A DNA stretch of 64,000 nucleotides from the NCBI GenBank assembly GCA_028826165.1, contig JAPDFW010000130.1:79638-143637 (forward strand), read 5' to 3'. The notes beneath the pieces are model-generated. The model searched no databases. It was not told where the DNA came from and saw only the letters and a list, made by a program, of their open reading frames with translations. Source of the DNA: Anaeramoeba ignava BMAN (Eukaryota > Protista > Anaeramoebae). A program made the position numbers and the translations under genes. The first letter of the stretch is position 1. Each line of letters opens with the position of its first letter. Below are positions 38,601-53,060 of the stretch, in pieces.

Positions 38601-39138
38601 ATTTTAATATTTTTAATAAAATTAATTTTAATATTTTTAATAAAATTAATTTTAATATTTTTAATAAAATTAATTTTAATATTTTTAATATAATTAATTT
38701 TAATATTTTTAATATAAATTAATTTTAATATTTTTAATATAATTAATTTTAATATTTTTAATAAAATTAATTTTTCAGATAAATTTTAATATACATTCTG
38801 ATAAAATGATTTGATTTCACTTTTCCTTTTAAATTGTTTTGTAAAGTAACAATTGTTTGCATTAAATTAATTGAAGATTTTTTATATAATTCAATTAAAC
38901 ATTTTGAAAATATTTTTCGAAGAAATGGTGAAGTTTCTTGTGATAAAATTTCTGTAAGTTTTGTTAAAAGAAATTTTTCGATTGTTAATCTTGTTTTTGA
39001 AGATTGTTTTAAATTTTTTATTGAAATTTGTTTAATTTCTTTATGTAAATTATTTAATAAAATTGGAAGTGAATCTTTTATAACTTGAGATGAATTTTTT
39101 GAAGAAATAAAAGATTGAATTGAATTTAAAGAATCCAT
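29606..39138 (-). CDS. HEAT-repeat protein, HEATR5/Laa1/SWEETIE-like (4 exons)
   Basis: Exons 39138-38795, 36462-36354, 36277-36196, 36120-29606 splice in frame. LGPELQ and PRWQTK resemble conserved HEATR5 motifs; size and helical composition fit. Confidence 0.7.
36480..38770. repeat. ~25-nt pure-AT minisatellite in HEATR5-like intron 1
   Basis: taataaaattaattttaatattttt tandem array over ~2.3 kb. Confidence 0.93.
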
Positions 39139-39459
39139 TATTATTATTAATATTATTATTATTTAAAAAAATGAAAAAGAAAAAAATGAAAAAAAAAAAT
39201 TAAAAGGAGAAAAATTCTTTTTTTTTTTTCTTATTTTTTTAATTTAGATTTAATTTCAGATTTAATTCAGATTTAATTAGTTAAAATTAATGTATCGAAC
39301 TTTCAAAATATTCAAATGGTCAATGAATTAACTTAAAATAATTAAAAACTTGAAAATTGATAGAAAAAAAAAAGGAAAAAAAAAAAATGAAAAAAAAAAA
39401 AATAAAAATTTTCTCTTAAAAAAAATTTTGGATCATTTTCTTTTGACTTTTTATCTAAA

Positions 39460-39964
39460 ATGCTCTCAAATTTTAATGAAAATACAAAAATACAACCAAA
39501 AACTATCACAAATGTATTCGATGAAGAAAACCGAATAGAAAAAAGAGAAGAAGAAATACTTGAACATAAAAGAAGGAAAAGAGTAAAAACTGGATTACCA
39601 CCAACAAGTAAACGAATCTTATTGATTTGGCTTTTTTACAACGTAGAAAATCCTTATCCAACAAAAGAAGAGAAAGAAGAGCTTTGTCAAAGGGCTAATA
39701 TAACAATGGCACAGATCAATAATTTTTTTATAAATTCTAGAGTAAGAAAAATAAATTGAAATTAAATAACTGAAAAAAAATTTATTTTAAAAATTTAATT
39801 TAAAAATCTATTTTTGATTCCCTTTTTAGAGAAGAATCCTTAAACCTTTACTAGGTGATTATCATACAAAAGAATTGGCTCATCAAATTAAAACTAGAAA
39901 AAGAAAAAAAGTTCCAATGGATCAGATTGATTTTGAAACTTCTCCAGTTCTTTCAAATAATTAA
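39460..39964 (+). CDS. TALE-class homeodomain protein (2 exons: 39460-39741, 39830-39964)
   Basis: WLFYNVENPYPTKEEKEEL...QINNFFINSR|RRILKP; PYP loop and spliced completion of helix 3. Confidence 0.88.
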
Positions 39965-40562
39965 TTTAATTTAATTTAATTTCATTTAATTTATAATTGA
40001 ATTTTAATAGAAATTCAATTTCTCTTTTCTTTTCCTTTCTCTTTCTTTCTTTTAAATAAAACAAAAACCATAAAAACAAAATTTTTTTCTTTTTTGATTT
40101 ATTTTCTATTCCACTTGTAAAAATTAAAATTAAAATTAAAATTAAAATTAAAATTAAAGTTTTATTTTGTTTATTGATTAAAAAAAAATAACACAATAAA
40201 AATCAAAAAGAAAACAAAAAAGAAAAATTGTTCAAAATAACTTTTCAAAAAGAAAGGAAAAAAAAAAATTTAAAGTAAATGAAATAATCCAAATAATAAG
40301 TTTTGTTCTTTCTAAATAACTTTCCAATAAAAAAAAAGTAAAAGAAGTTTTCTGTATAATAAACGATCTAGTAACTAAAATACGATAATAAAATAATGCA
40401 AGTAAAATTCAATTTTCTAAAAAATTTGCAATTAATTCTGATCAATAAAAAGGATAAAAAAGAAAAAAAAAAAAAAGTTAAAAGGTTAAAAAGGAGAAAA
40501 AGAATAATCTGAACTAATTTTTTGGAAAAATTTCTAATAAGTCATTTTGAAATTGAATAAAT

Positions 40563-43500
40563 TTAATTTTCATCAAAAGGATCAAAAATAACGAAATTTT
40601 TATGATCGAGAATATCTTGATTTTGTAAATCTTCATTTTCAAAGTCTTGATCGATTAATTCTTGGTTTTCTAAATCTTCATTTAAACTAAGAACTGAAGT
40701 TGAAGATGAAGTTGAAGTTAAAATTGAGTCTGAGAGATTTTTGGAATTTTCAAGTTTGAACGTAATTTCAGAATTTAATGAATTTTCAGATTCTTCATTA
40801 TTTTGTAAAGATTTAGTTTCGTTATTAAAATTAACAATTCCATATAATTTATCTGTGATTCTTTTCTGATTTTCAACAAGAAGAGTAACTTGTTTTAACT
40901 TTCTTTTGAGTAATAAATTATCATGTAAAAGGGATTGTTTTTGAGATTTAACACTTTCCATTCCTCCCATTCTTTCTTCTAAATGTGTTTCAAGACGTTT
41001 GAGTTGTTTTTCGTTTTTTTTGCGTTCTTGAAGTAATGATTCCGATAATGCTGTAATTTCTGCTTCTTTTTGTGTGACTTTTTTTTCAATAAAAGAGTAA
41101 ATTTCAGAAATTTTAGTTGAAATCAAGCATTTAAATTGATCATCTCCAACTTTTTCCAAAATTCCATGAATATTATCAATTTCGTTTTTCATTTGTTGTT
41201 TTTTGGGAATTTTTTCAAGTGAGCTTTTGATTGAATTTGTTAAAGCTGTTGATTCTTGTGGAGTAATAAATTTTTGAGTTTCATTTCTTGGAGGAGAAAA
41301 AGTTGGCCGAATAATTAAGCTTTGTGATTTTGTGAGTTTTACTTGAGGTTTAATTCTTATTGAAAGAGGTGATGATTTGGGTCCAAGTGATTCTTGACGA
41401 ACTGGTGGATTACATGGATAAATTATCACTTGTGCTAATGATTTGTTGTTTGTTTGTAGAAATGTTACTGAGCATGCTCCCCATTTTGTAAGTTCTGTTT
41501 TAATATTAATAAAAAGCCAAACAACATTGAAAACTCCTGATTTTTCTCTTTTTATTTTTAAATTGAAAAAGTTGGATTAGATTTATATTATATTGATTTT
41601 GAATTTGAATTTGAATTTGATTTTGATTTTGATTTTGATTTTGATTTTGATTTAGATTTTGATTTTGATTTTGATTTTGATTTAGATTTTGATTTTGATT
41701 TTGATTTAGATTTTGATTTTGATTTTGATTTTGATTTTGAATTTGATTTTGATTTTGATTTTGAATTTGAATTTTGATATTGATTTTGATATTGATATTG
41801 ATATTGATTTTGATATTGATATTTATATTGATTTATATTTATATTTATATTGATATTTATATTGATATTTATATTGATATTGATATTTATATTGATATTT
41901 ATATTGATATTGATATTTATATTGATATTGATTTTGATTTATATTTATATTGATATTGATTTTGATATTGATATTTATATTGATTTGATATATTTATATT
42001 GATATTGATATTGATATTTATATTGATATTGATATTTTATTGATATTGATATTGATATTTATATTGATATTGATTTTTGATTTATATTTATATTGATATT
42101 TATATTGATATTGATATTGATTTGATTTTGATATTTATATTTATATTGATATTTATATTGATATTGATATTGATATTGATATTTATATTGATATTGATAT
42201 TGATATTGATATTGATATTGATATTGATATTGATATTGATATTGATATTGATTTTGATATTGATATTGATATTGATATTGATATTTTTATATTGATATTG
42301 ATATTTATATTTATATTGATATTGATATTGATATTGATATTGATATTGATATTGATATTGATATTGATATTGATATTGATATTGATATTTATATTTATAT
42401 TTATATTGATATTTATATTGATATTGATATTGATATTGATATTGATATTGATATTGATATTGATATTGATATTTATATTTATATTGATATTGATATTTAT
42501 ATTTATATTGATATTGATATTGATATTTATATTGATATTGATATTTATATTGATATTGATATTGATATTGATATTGAAGCTGATATTGATATTGATATTG
42601 ATATTGATATTGATATTGATATTGATATTGATATTGATATTGATATTGATATTGATATTGATATTGATATTTATATTGATATTGATATTGATATTGATAT
42701 TGATATTGATATTGATATTGATATTGATATTGATATTGATATTGATATTGATATTGATATTATTGATATTGATATTGATATTGATATTGATATTGATATT
42801 GATATTGATATTGATATTGATATTGATATTGATATTGATATTTATATTTATATTTATATTGATATTGATATTTATATTTATATTGATTTTAATTTTATTT
42901 TGAGATTTAGATTTATTATTTAGATTTTGATTTTGATTTTGATTTTGATTTAGATTTAGATTTAGATTTAGATTTAGATTTAGATTTATTATTTAGATTT
43001 AGATTTGATTTAGCAAATATTGTTTTATCATAAATTTAATTTGATAAAAAATTTGTTTTTGTGAAGTGGATTTTTTTTTTTAAATAAAGATTCATAAAGC
43101 AAATGAAAATGATTTTTTTTTAATTTTTTTTCAAAATGATCAAATAAATTGAAAAAAAAATTTTAAATTATAAAATATAAAAATATAAAGGAAATTAAAG
43201 TGAATTAAATTTGATCTGAATTTAAATAAAAAAATATAAGTAAATGATCAAATAAAAAGAAAAATATATAACGAAATTTAAATAAAAAATAAATAAATAA
43301 ATAAATAAAATAAATAAAGAAATCGAAATTTTGTGGAAAATATAATAATATAAAATTTTCTCAATTATAAAAGGAAATGAATAAAAAAACTTACTGTAAA
43401 GCTCTTTGAGAAGTTGTTAATAAAGCAGTTTCTGTATCAGAATTAAGATGAGGTTGATTTTTAGCAGAAAATAAACTAAGGGATCTTTGTAAAGCTGCTT

Positions 43501-43660
43501 TTGAAGAAGAAATGCCAATAAAATGTAAAAAAGCATGATTTGAATTCTCAATTTTCATTGATTGATTTATTATTATAACTGGGTCTTGAAATTTATGTAT
43601 TGAATTTAAATGTTTTTTCCAATTTTTTTTAGGAACGTTTAATGAATATTTGTTTCCCAT
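40563..43660 (-). CDS. Putative N-myristoylated PAS-like domain + coiled-coil protein (exons 43660-43395, 41547-40563)
   Basis: MGNKYS start (G2, S6). DPVIIINQSMKIENSNHAFLHFIG resembles a PAS N-terminus; a phase-2 splice joins in frame to FNVVWLFINIKTELTKWGACSVTFLQ; heptad-like helical C-half. Confidence 0.62.
41590..43010. repeat. (gatatt/gatttt)n microsatellite inside the PAS-gene intron
   Basis: Visible hexamer array. Confidence 0.9.
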
Positions 43661-44268
43661 TTAATTTGTTTAATAATTTTAAATTTATTATTTTTTTAAA
43701 AGTGTTGTCAAAAAAAATAATTAAAAAATTTAATAAAAAAAGAACCAAAAAGAAAAAGTAGAAAAAAAAAAAAATTAAATTGAAAAATGAAAAAAAAAAA
43801 TTTTTTTTGTAAATTTAAAAAAACAAAAAAAATAAAAGGAATTAAATAAAGGAAAAAAAATTTTTTTTTTTATTGTTTTTTTCTTTTTGTTTTTATTTCT
43901 TTGTTGTCTTTTTTTTTTTTTACCTTTCAAAAAAAATAAAACAAAATTTAAATTTAAAATCCAAAATCAATCAAATCAATTTTAAATAAAAAGAAATAAA
44001 AAATAAAAAAAAGAAATAAAAAAAAATAAAGATCATAAAACAAGAAATGCGATCTTAATTGGTTTTATTTTATTTTAAATTAAAAACTTTTATTTTTTAT
44101 TTTTAACAAATAAGTTTTTTAAAAAATTAATAATTATTATTTAAAAATTATTAAAAAAAAAAATTTTTTTTCTTTTTGAATTTTTTCTTTTTATTTTTTT
44201 TTTTTAATAATTTGATTATTTTTTACAATAAGATTCAATTTAAATTTATCAAATTTTGAAATAGAAAA

Positions 44269-47200
44269 ATGAATTTATTTAAAACTAAATCGAAATGTGA
44301 AATGTTTGTTGTTTTTGATGAACAACAAAAACGTCAAAAAATAACAAAAACATTTAGACAAAAAGAAAAACAACTTCTAATTTATACAACTGGAGAAACT
44401 GTTTCAGGAAATTTGAAAATTGAAATTAAAGATAATTCAAAAATTGATTTTGAACAGATAACAATTGAATTTCTTGGTCAAATACGTATAAATGTCAATA
44501 ATTTTTTTTTAAAAAGAAAAATTTTTTTCAATTTTTTTCATTTTTTTTTCATTTTTTTTTCATTTTTAAAAGTTATTGTTGGTTATGATAGTTATATATT
44601 TACTCAATTATCAAGGCAATTAGAACAAAAAGGTTCTTTATCACAATCTAAAACTTGGGAATTTTCTTTTCCAAAAGTTGAAAAACAATTTGAGTCTTAT
44701 TATGGAAGAATTGTTACATTAAGGTTTTTATCACAGAATTATTTATAAAATTATTTATAAAATTATTTATAAAATTATTTATAAAATTATTTATAAAATT
44801 ATTTATAAAATTATTTATAAAATTAATTATAAAATTATTTATTAAATTATTTATTAAATTATTTATAAAATTAATTATAAAATTATTTATTAAATTATTT
44901 ATAAAATTATTTATAAAATTATTTATAAAATTATTTATAAAATTATTTTTATAAAATTAATTATAAAATTATTAATAAAATTATTTATAAAATTATTTAT
45001 TAAATTATTTATTTATAAAATTAAATATAAAATTATTTATAAAATTATTTATAAAATTATTTTATAAAATTATTTATAAAATTATTTATAAAATTATATA
45101 TAAAATTATTTATAAAATTATTTATAAAATTATTTATAAAATTATTTATAAAATTAAATATAAAATTATTTATAAAATTATTTATAAAATTATTTATAAA
45201 ATTATTTATTAAATTATTTATTTATTTTATAAAATTATTTATAAAATTATTTATAAAATTATTTATAAAATTATTTATAAAATTATTTATAAAATTATTT
45301 ATAAAATTATTTATAAAATTATTTATAAAATTATTTATAAAATTATTTATAAAATTATTTATAAAATTATTTATAAAATTATTTATAAAATTATTTATAA
45401 ATTATTTATAAAATTATTTATAAAATTAATTATAAAATTATTTATAAAATTATTTTATAAAATTATTTATAAAATTAAATATAAAATTATTTATAAAATT
45501 ATTTATTTAAATTATTTATAAAATTATTTATTAAATTATTTATAAAATTATTTATTAAATTATTTATAAAATTATTTATAAAATTATTTATAAAATTATT
45601 TATAAAATTATTTATAAAATTATTAATAAAATTATTTTATAAAATTATTTATAAAATTATTTATAAAATTAAATATAAAATTAAATATAAAATTAAATAT
45701 AAAATTATTTATAAAATTATTTATAAAATTATTTATAAAATTATTTATAAAATTATTTATAAAATTATTTATAAAATTAATTATAAAATTATTTATTAAA
45801 TTATTTATTAAAATTATTTATTAAATTGATTATAAAATTATTTATAAATTTATTTATAAAATTGATTATAAAATTAATTATAAAATTATATATAAAATTA
45901 AATATTAAAATTAATTATAAAATTAAATATAAAATTAAATATTAAATTTTATAAAATTAATTATAAAATTAAATATAAAATTAATTATAAAATTAATTAT
46001 AAAATTAATTATAAAATTATTTATAAAATTATTTATAAAATTATTTATAAAATTATTTATAAAATTATTTATAAAATTAATTATAAAATTATTTATAAAA
46101 TTATTTATAAAATTATTTATAAAATTAAATATAAAATTAATTATAAAATTAAATATAAAATTATTTATAAAATTAAATATAAAATTATTTATAAAATTAA
46201 TTATAAAATTATTTATAAAATTATTTATAAAATTATTTTATAAAATTATTTATAAAATTATTTATTAAATTATTTATAAAATTATTTATTAAATTATTTA
46301 TAAAATTATTTATTAAATTATTTATAAAATTATTTATAAAATTATTTATAAAATTATTTATAAAATTATTTATAAAATTATTTATAAAATTATTTATAAA
46401 ATTAAATATAAAAATTAAATATAAAATTAAATATAAAATTAAATATAAAATTATTTATAAAATTATTTATAAAATTATTTATAAAATTATTTATAAAATT
46501 AATTATAAAATTATATATAAAATTATTTATAAAATTATTTATTAAATTATTTATAAAATTATTTATAAAATTATTTATTAAATTATTTATTAAATTATTT
46601 ATAAAATTATTTATAAAATTAATTATAAAATTATTTATAAAATTATTTATAAAATTATTTATAAAATTATTTATAAAATTAATTATAAAATTATTTATAA
46701 AATTAATTATAAAATTATTTATAAAATTAATAATAAAATTAAATATAAAATTAATAATAAAATTAAATATAAAATTATTTATAAAATTATTTATAAAATT
46801 AATTATAAATTTATTAATAAAATTAAATATAAAATTATTTATAAAATTATTTATAAAATTAAATATAAAATTAAATATAAAATTAATTATAAAATTATTT
46901 ATAAAATTAATTATAAAATTATTTATAAAATTAAATATAAAATTAATTATAAAATTATTTATAAAATTAAATATAAAATTAAATATAAAATTATTTATAA
47001 AATTAAATATAAAATTAAATATAAAATTAATTATAAAATTATTTATAAAATTAATTATAAAATTAATTATAAAATTATTTATAAAATTAATTATAAAATT
47101 ATTTATAAAATTAAATATAAAATTAAATATAAAATTATTTATAAAATTAAATATAAAATTATTTATAAAATTATTTATAAAATTATTTATAAAATTATTT

Positions 47201-48572
47201 ATAAAATTATTTATAAAATTATTTATAAAATTAATTATAAAATTATTTATAAAATTATTTATAAAATTAAATATAAAATTAAATATAAAATTATTTATAA
47301 AATTATTTATAAAATTATTTATAAAATTAATTATAAAATTATTAATAAAATTATTTATAAAATTATTTATAAAATTATTTATAAAATTAAATATAAAATT
47401 ATTTATAAAATTATTTATAAAATTATTTATAAAATTAATTATAAAATTATTTATAAAATTATTTATAAAATTAATTTATAAAATTAATTATAAAATTAAA
47501 TATAAAAATTAAATATAAAATTATTTATAAAATTAAATTTATAAAATTATTTATAAAATTAAATATAAAATTATTTATAAAATTATTTATAAAATTAATT
47601 ATAAAATTAAATATAAAATTATTTATAAAATTAATTATAAAATTAAATATAAAATTAAATATAAAATTATATATAAAATTATTTATAAAATTATTTATAA
47701 AATTATTTATAAAATTATTTATAAAATTAAATATAAAATTATATATAAAATTATTTATAAAATTATTTATAAAATTAAATATAAAATTAAATATAAAATT
47801 AATTATAAAATTAATTATAAAATTATTTATTAAATTATTTATAAAATTAAATATAAAATTAAATATAAAATTAAATATAAAATTATTTATAAAATTATTT
47901 ATAGAATTATTTATAAAATTATTTATAAATTTATTTATAAATTTAAATATAAAATTATTTATAAAATTATATAGATATTTCATTAAAGTAACAATCGAAA
48001 AGAAATATGGATCAAATATTAGATCAGAATTTGATATTTTTGTAATGAACAAAGGGCATATAAAAGAGAATGGAGAACCAATTTTAATGGAGGTGGGAAT
48101 TCAAGATTGTATTCATCTTCAATTTGAATATACAAAATCAAAGTAAAAAAGAAATCAAAACAAACAAGATTTAAAAACAAAAAAACTAATTTTCAAAACA
48201 ATTTTCAGTTTTCATTTAAATGATGTTTTAATTGGAAAAGTTTTTTATCTTCTTTCAAGAATCAAAGTAAATTTAATGGAAATTTCAATTATTAAAAGAG
48301 AAATTATTGGAAGAGGAGAAGAAATTGAATATCATAATGAAGTTGTTGGTAAATTTGAAATTATGAATGGAACACCAGTTAAAGGTGAAAGTATTCCAAT
48401 TAGAATGTTTTTAGAAAATTTGGATTTAACTCCAACTTATAGAAGAATTAATAATAAATTTAGTGTTCGATATTTTGTTAAATTGACTCTTATTGATGAA
48501 GAAAACAAGAAATATTTCAAACAATCAGAAATTTTTTTTTATCGAACTTTTTTAGAAACAATGAAACTTTAA
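44269..48572 (+). CDS. VPS26: Retromer subunit VPS26 (exons 44269-44485, 44573-44723, 47975-48142, 48209-48572)
   Basis: FPKVEKQFESYYG...LRYF, MEVGIQDCIHLQFEY, GTPVKGESIPIRMFL, KFSVRYF, YFKQSEI match VPS26. Confidence 0.93.
44738..47970. repeat. 12-nt pure-AT satellite in VPS26 intron 2
   Basis: (ataaaattattt)n with variants across a 3251-nt intron (44724..47974). Confidence 0.95.
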
Positions 48573-48710
48573 TTCAATTTGATTTAAATTAAAATTGGAT
48601 TTGATTTTGAATTGAATTAAATTTAATAAAAAAAATAATCCAAAATTTATTTTCAATTTTTGTTTCTGCTTTTAATTAATCAATTAAAAAAAAATTCAAA
48701 AAAAAAAAAT

Positions 48711-49283
48711 TCATTTACGTTTTGATTCAAAAAATCCTTGTAAAAAATTAGAAGTTTCCGAACGAAGTTGATTTCCTTCCAATTTAAATACTTCAAGATT
48801 CATAGATTGAAGTTGATGAGGAATAGAAGTTAATAAATTATGGTCCAAATGAATTTCCTTTAAAGATTTTAAGTTGCACAAAGACATTGGAACATCTTTA
48901 AGTTTATTTCCACTAAGAAAAATTTTTTGAAGATTTTGCATTTGACTGAAATCACAAACAGAATCAAGTTCGTTATAACTGACATCAAGAACCTCAAGAT
49001 TAGAAAAAACGGATCCAATATCGGGTAATTTTGTCAGTTTATTATGTGCAAGTGAAAGATATGTTAATCCTTTGCATTCATATAATAATTCAGGAAATTC
49101 TTTGATTTCATTCATGCTTAAATCAATCTCTTTTAATCTTGGTATTACATATAATGATGGTAAGGTTGTTAAAGGTGGTACAAAACAGGATAAGTCAAGC
49201 CAATCATCTCCTGTTCTTAATTGTGGCTTCACTTTCGTTAGCGCTATTTCACTTTGTTTTTCATATGTTTGATATTGTGTCAT
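48711..49283 (-). CDS. Small leucine-rich-repeat protein (190 aa)
   Basis: About six LxxLxLxxNxL repeats (LKEIDLSMNEI, LTYLSLAHNKL, LEVLDVSYNEL, LQKIFLSGNKL, LKEIHLDHNLL). Confidence 0.92.
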   Translation of the reverse strand: MTQYQTYEKQSEIALTKVKPQLRTGDDWLDLSCFVPPLTTLPSLYVIPRLKEIDLSMNEIKEFPELLYECKGLTYLSLAHNKLTKLPDIGSVFSNLEVLDVSYNELDSVCDFSQMQNLQKIFLSGNKLKDVPMSLCNLKSLKEIHLDHNLLTSIPHQLQSMNLEVFKLEGNQLRSETSNFLQGFFESKRK

Positions 49284-49389
49284 TTAGTTTTAGTTTTTTT
49301 ATTTTTTTGTTTTTTTGAAAAGAAAAAAATGAAAATGAAAAATTTTGGATTTTGTTTGAAAAAATTTTTTTATTTTCAAAAATATAAAA

Positions 49390-50168
49390 ATTTTAATTTT
49401 ATAAATGAATTTTAATTTGAATTTGAATTTTAATTTTAATTTTAATTTGAATTTGAATTTGAATTTTAATTTTAATTTTAATTTGGATTTGAATTTTAAT
49501 TTTATAAATGAATTTTAAATGAATTTTGAATTTTATAAATGAATTTTAATTTTATAAATGAATTTGAATTTTAAATGAATTTGATTTTATAAATGAATTT
49601 TAAATGAATTTGAATTTTAAATGAATTTGAATTTTATAAATGAATTTTAAATTGAATTTGAATTTTATAAATGAATTTTAAATGAATTTTGATTTTATAA
49701 ATGAATTTTAAATGAATTTGAATTTTAAATGAATTTGAATTTTATAAATGAATTTTAAATGAATTTGAATTTTAAATGAATTTGAATTTTATAAATGAAT
49801 TATAAATGAATTTGAATTTTAATTGAATTTTATAAATGAATTTTAAATGAATTTTAAATGAATTTGAATTTTATAAATGAATTTTGATTTTATAAATGAA
49901 TTTTAAATGAATTTGAATTTTAATTTTAATTTTAATTTGGATTTGAATTTTATAAATTAATTTTAATTTTAATTTTAATTTTAATTTTAATTTTAATTTT
50001 AAATGAATTTGATTTTATAAATGAATTTTAAATTGAATTTGAATTTTAAATGAATTTTGAATTTTATAAATGAATTTTAAATGAATTTGAATTTTAATTT
50101 TATAAATGAATTTTAAATGAATTTTAATTGAATTTTGATTTTATAAATGAATTTTAAATGAATTTTGA
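49390..50168. repeat. Degenerate aaatgaatttt satellite
   Basis: Recurrent ataaatgaattttaaatgaatttgaatttt units. Confidence 0.82.
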
Positions 50169-50169
50169 T

Positions 50170-51200
50170 TTAATCTTCAAAACTTGAATTATCAGAATCA
50201 TCTAAATAAGTTTGATTATCAACAATATTCCATTTCTTTAAATCCCTTTTAAGTTTTTTCATATCTTCATTTTCATCTGAACTAAAACTATTAGAATTGT
50301 GATGATAATTGTGATTGTCATAAAAATCATCAGAATCTTTACTTGAACCAGAATAATAATTATCATCACTCTCATTTTCTTTTTCACTTGGATAATCATT
50401 TGCATAGTAATTTTCATCATTACTATCATTAGAATCATCATTAATTGATTCTATTTTTTCAAAATCAATTTCTTCTTGTTCAAACAATGTAACTTCTGCA
50501 TTAATAAAATTTCCTCCATTTAATTCATTATTTTCCTGAATCCCTTGAAGATCTAAATCAGAAAGAATATAATAATCAAATATATCAAGTTCATTTTGTT
50601 CTGAATCAATTTTTTCAAGATCAAATAAATCAATTTGATCTTCACTTTGAAAATTTTTTTCTTCCAAAATTTTTCTCTCTTTTAAATATTGTGTTTGGAA
50701 TTCCTTTTCAAAACTTGAAAGTCGTCGAAAATCAATTTGTCTATATCGTTCTTGTTGTCTAATAACTTCTTGTTTCTGAAATTCCAAATTTTTTTGATTA
50801 AAAAGTCCGGTTTTATTTTTATATTTTTTGTTTCTTAAATTCTTTTTTTTTTGAAATTTATTCTTTTATATTATTTTTTTGTATTTGAAAAATTAAAATG
50901 AGAATTAAATTGGAATTAATTTCAATTCAAATAAAAAAAATTTCAAACTCGAAGTTTTTTAATAGAATTTGAAGTTCCATCAAAAGTTCCCATAAATTTG
51001 TATTTAAATTTGTTTTTCAAATTTGTTTTATCAATTTCTTTTTCATTTTCGTTTTGAATTTCTTTTTCAATTTCATTTTCATTTTGAATTTGAATTTCTT
51101 TTGGATTTCTTAAAATTATTTTATTTTCTTCAATTATTAAAGATTTTGGTGGTTTTTCATCAAATTTCCTTTTTACTCGAAGAAGTTTTCGTCTTCTCAT
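50170..51200 (-). CDS. Iwr1/SLC7A6OS-like RNA polymerase II nuclear import factor (intron ~50948..50863)
   Basis: N-terminal LLRVKRK...PP and acidic DSNDENYYANDYPSE motif typical of the Iwr1 family. Acceptor is ambiguous (exon resumes at 50862 or 50841). Confidence 0.68.
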
Positions 51201-51275
51201 AAAGAAAAAAAATGAAAAAAATGAAAATTTCAAAAAATATTTTTTCATTTTTTCATTTTTTTCATTTTTAAGAAA

Positions 51276-53060
51276 ATGAATGATTGTTTATTTTTTGGTT
51301 ATAATCAAAATCAAAAACTTATCAAAAATGAACCGTATCAAATAACAAAAACCAATTCAATTTAAATTTGAAATTGAAAATGAAAATGAAAATGAAAAAC
51401 AAATTAAACAAATTTCATCAAGTTGTTTATCAACAATTTTCCTTTTTGAAAATGGAAAAGCAATAGAATATTTAACTGACGAAGAAGAATATTTAAATCA
51501 AAATCCTGAAAAAATTCAAATTGAAGAAAATATTCAAAAAGTAACTGTTGGTTTTCTAAATGAAGCTATTTTAACAAAAGAAGGAAATGTATTTGCCAAA
51601 GGAAGAAATATTAACCCAAAAAATCCAAAAGAATTTATCAATATTTCATCATTAATTGAAGATAAAAATGATAGAGTAATTCAAGATATTATTTGTGCTA
51701 CTTTTTCAATTTACTTATTAACTTCAAATCAAAATGCTTATGGAATTGGTGGTAATCATTATGGTCAACTTGGTTTTGATTCTGAAACACTTAAACAAAC
51801 AGAAAAACCAATTTTAATGATGAAAAATGTTTCTAAAATATTTTCAGGAACTTCTTCATTTCATGTTTTTATTTTAAACTCAAATCAAGAATTATTTGCT
51901 TGTTCATTGAATAGATATGGTCAACTTGGATTAGGAGAATCAAAAAGAAAAGAATTAAGAATCCATAAATTAACCAAAATACAAAATATTCCAAAAGGCA
52001 AAATAATTGATATTCAATGTGGATCTTCTCATTCAATAATGTTGGTTGAAAACGAAAATCAAAATCAAAATCCAAAAAGAAAACTTTATTCATGTGGATA
52101 TTCTTCATATAATGGACTTGGCAAAACTGAAAATACTTATGAATTTACTGAAATCAAATCATCTTTATTTGAAAATGATAATATTCTTGATTTTTCTGTT
52201 GGAGGTTATCATACTTTAGTTTTAACTTCTAATTCAAAACTGATAGTATTTGGATATAATATAGATGGCCAATTAGGAAATGGAAAGACAGAAGATAAAA
52301 TTCCAATTCCAATTCAAATTGGACTTCCTGAATTAAAATTTAATGAAGATATCTCTAATTATCATATTTCTTGTGGATATCATAATTCATTTATTTATTA
52401 TTCTCCTCCTTCTTTTTCCAATCTTGAAGAAGATTTGATAAAATTATTTAGAAGAAAAGAATTTTGTGATATTTCATTTAAAACCGAAAATGGAGAAATA
52501 ATTGAAGCTCATAAATTAATATTGAAATATAGATTAAATCAAAATCAAAATCAAATTGAAAAACTTCAAGAAATTATTTCAAAAAATCAATTAAAGAATC
52601 AAATCAAATATTTGAAATGATTTATTCAAACAAAATAATAAATCCAAAATTATATTCTGAAATTAAAGAAATTATAAATTCAAATGAAAAAATTGAAGAA
52701 ACAATGAAAAGAATTTATTTAAATGAAAATGAAAATGAAAAAGATTTTATAATTGAAAGAAAAGAAAAACAATATAAATTTCCTAAATTAATATTAATAA
52801 CGAGAAGTGAATTATATCGAGGAATGTTTTTATCTGTAACAGAAGATAAATCTAATAAAGTTACAGATTATAGTGAATTAAGTAATAAATCATTTCAATT
52901 ATTTGAATATTGGATTTATTCAAATCAAATTAAAAATGATATTCAAATTACACAAGAAATAATTGATGAACTTCAAATTGGAATTGATTATTTTCAATTA
53001 AATCAAACAAATCCAAATTTATTTGATTTATTAATTAACAAATTTAATAATCAAAATTAA
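51276..53060 (+). CDS. RCC1-repeat + tandem BTB protein A (frameshifts at ~51350 and ~52585)
   Basis: GxNxYGQLG / CGxxHS blades; FCDISF...EAHKLIL and RSELYRGMF BTB motifs. Indels lie in A-runs. Confidence 0.8.

Noticed and set aside
17268-39138. Inteins in the large BEACH or HEAT proteins
   Set aside because: No Hint-domain blocks, LAGLIDADG motifs or convincing C...HN/C,S,T junctions recognised by eye. An HMM scan would be needed to exclude them fully.
44486-44572. In-frame 29-aa Phe-rich insert in VPS26
   Set aside because: It is an 87-nt GT-AG intron that happens to lack stops; removing it restores the VPS26 alignment.
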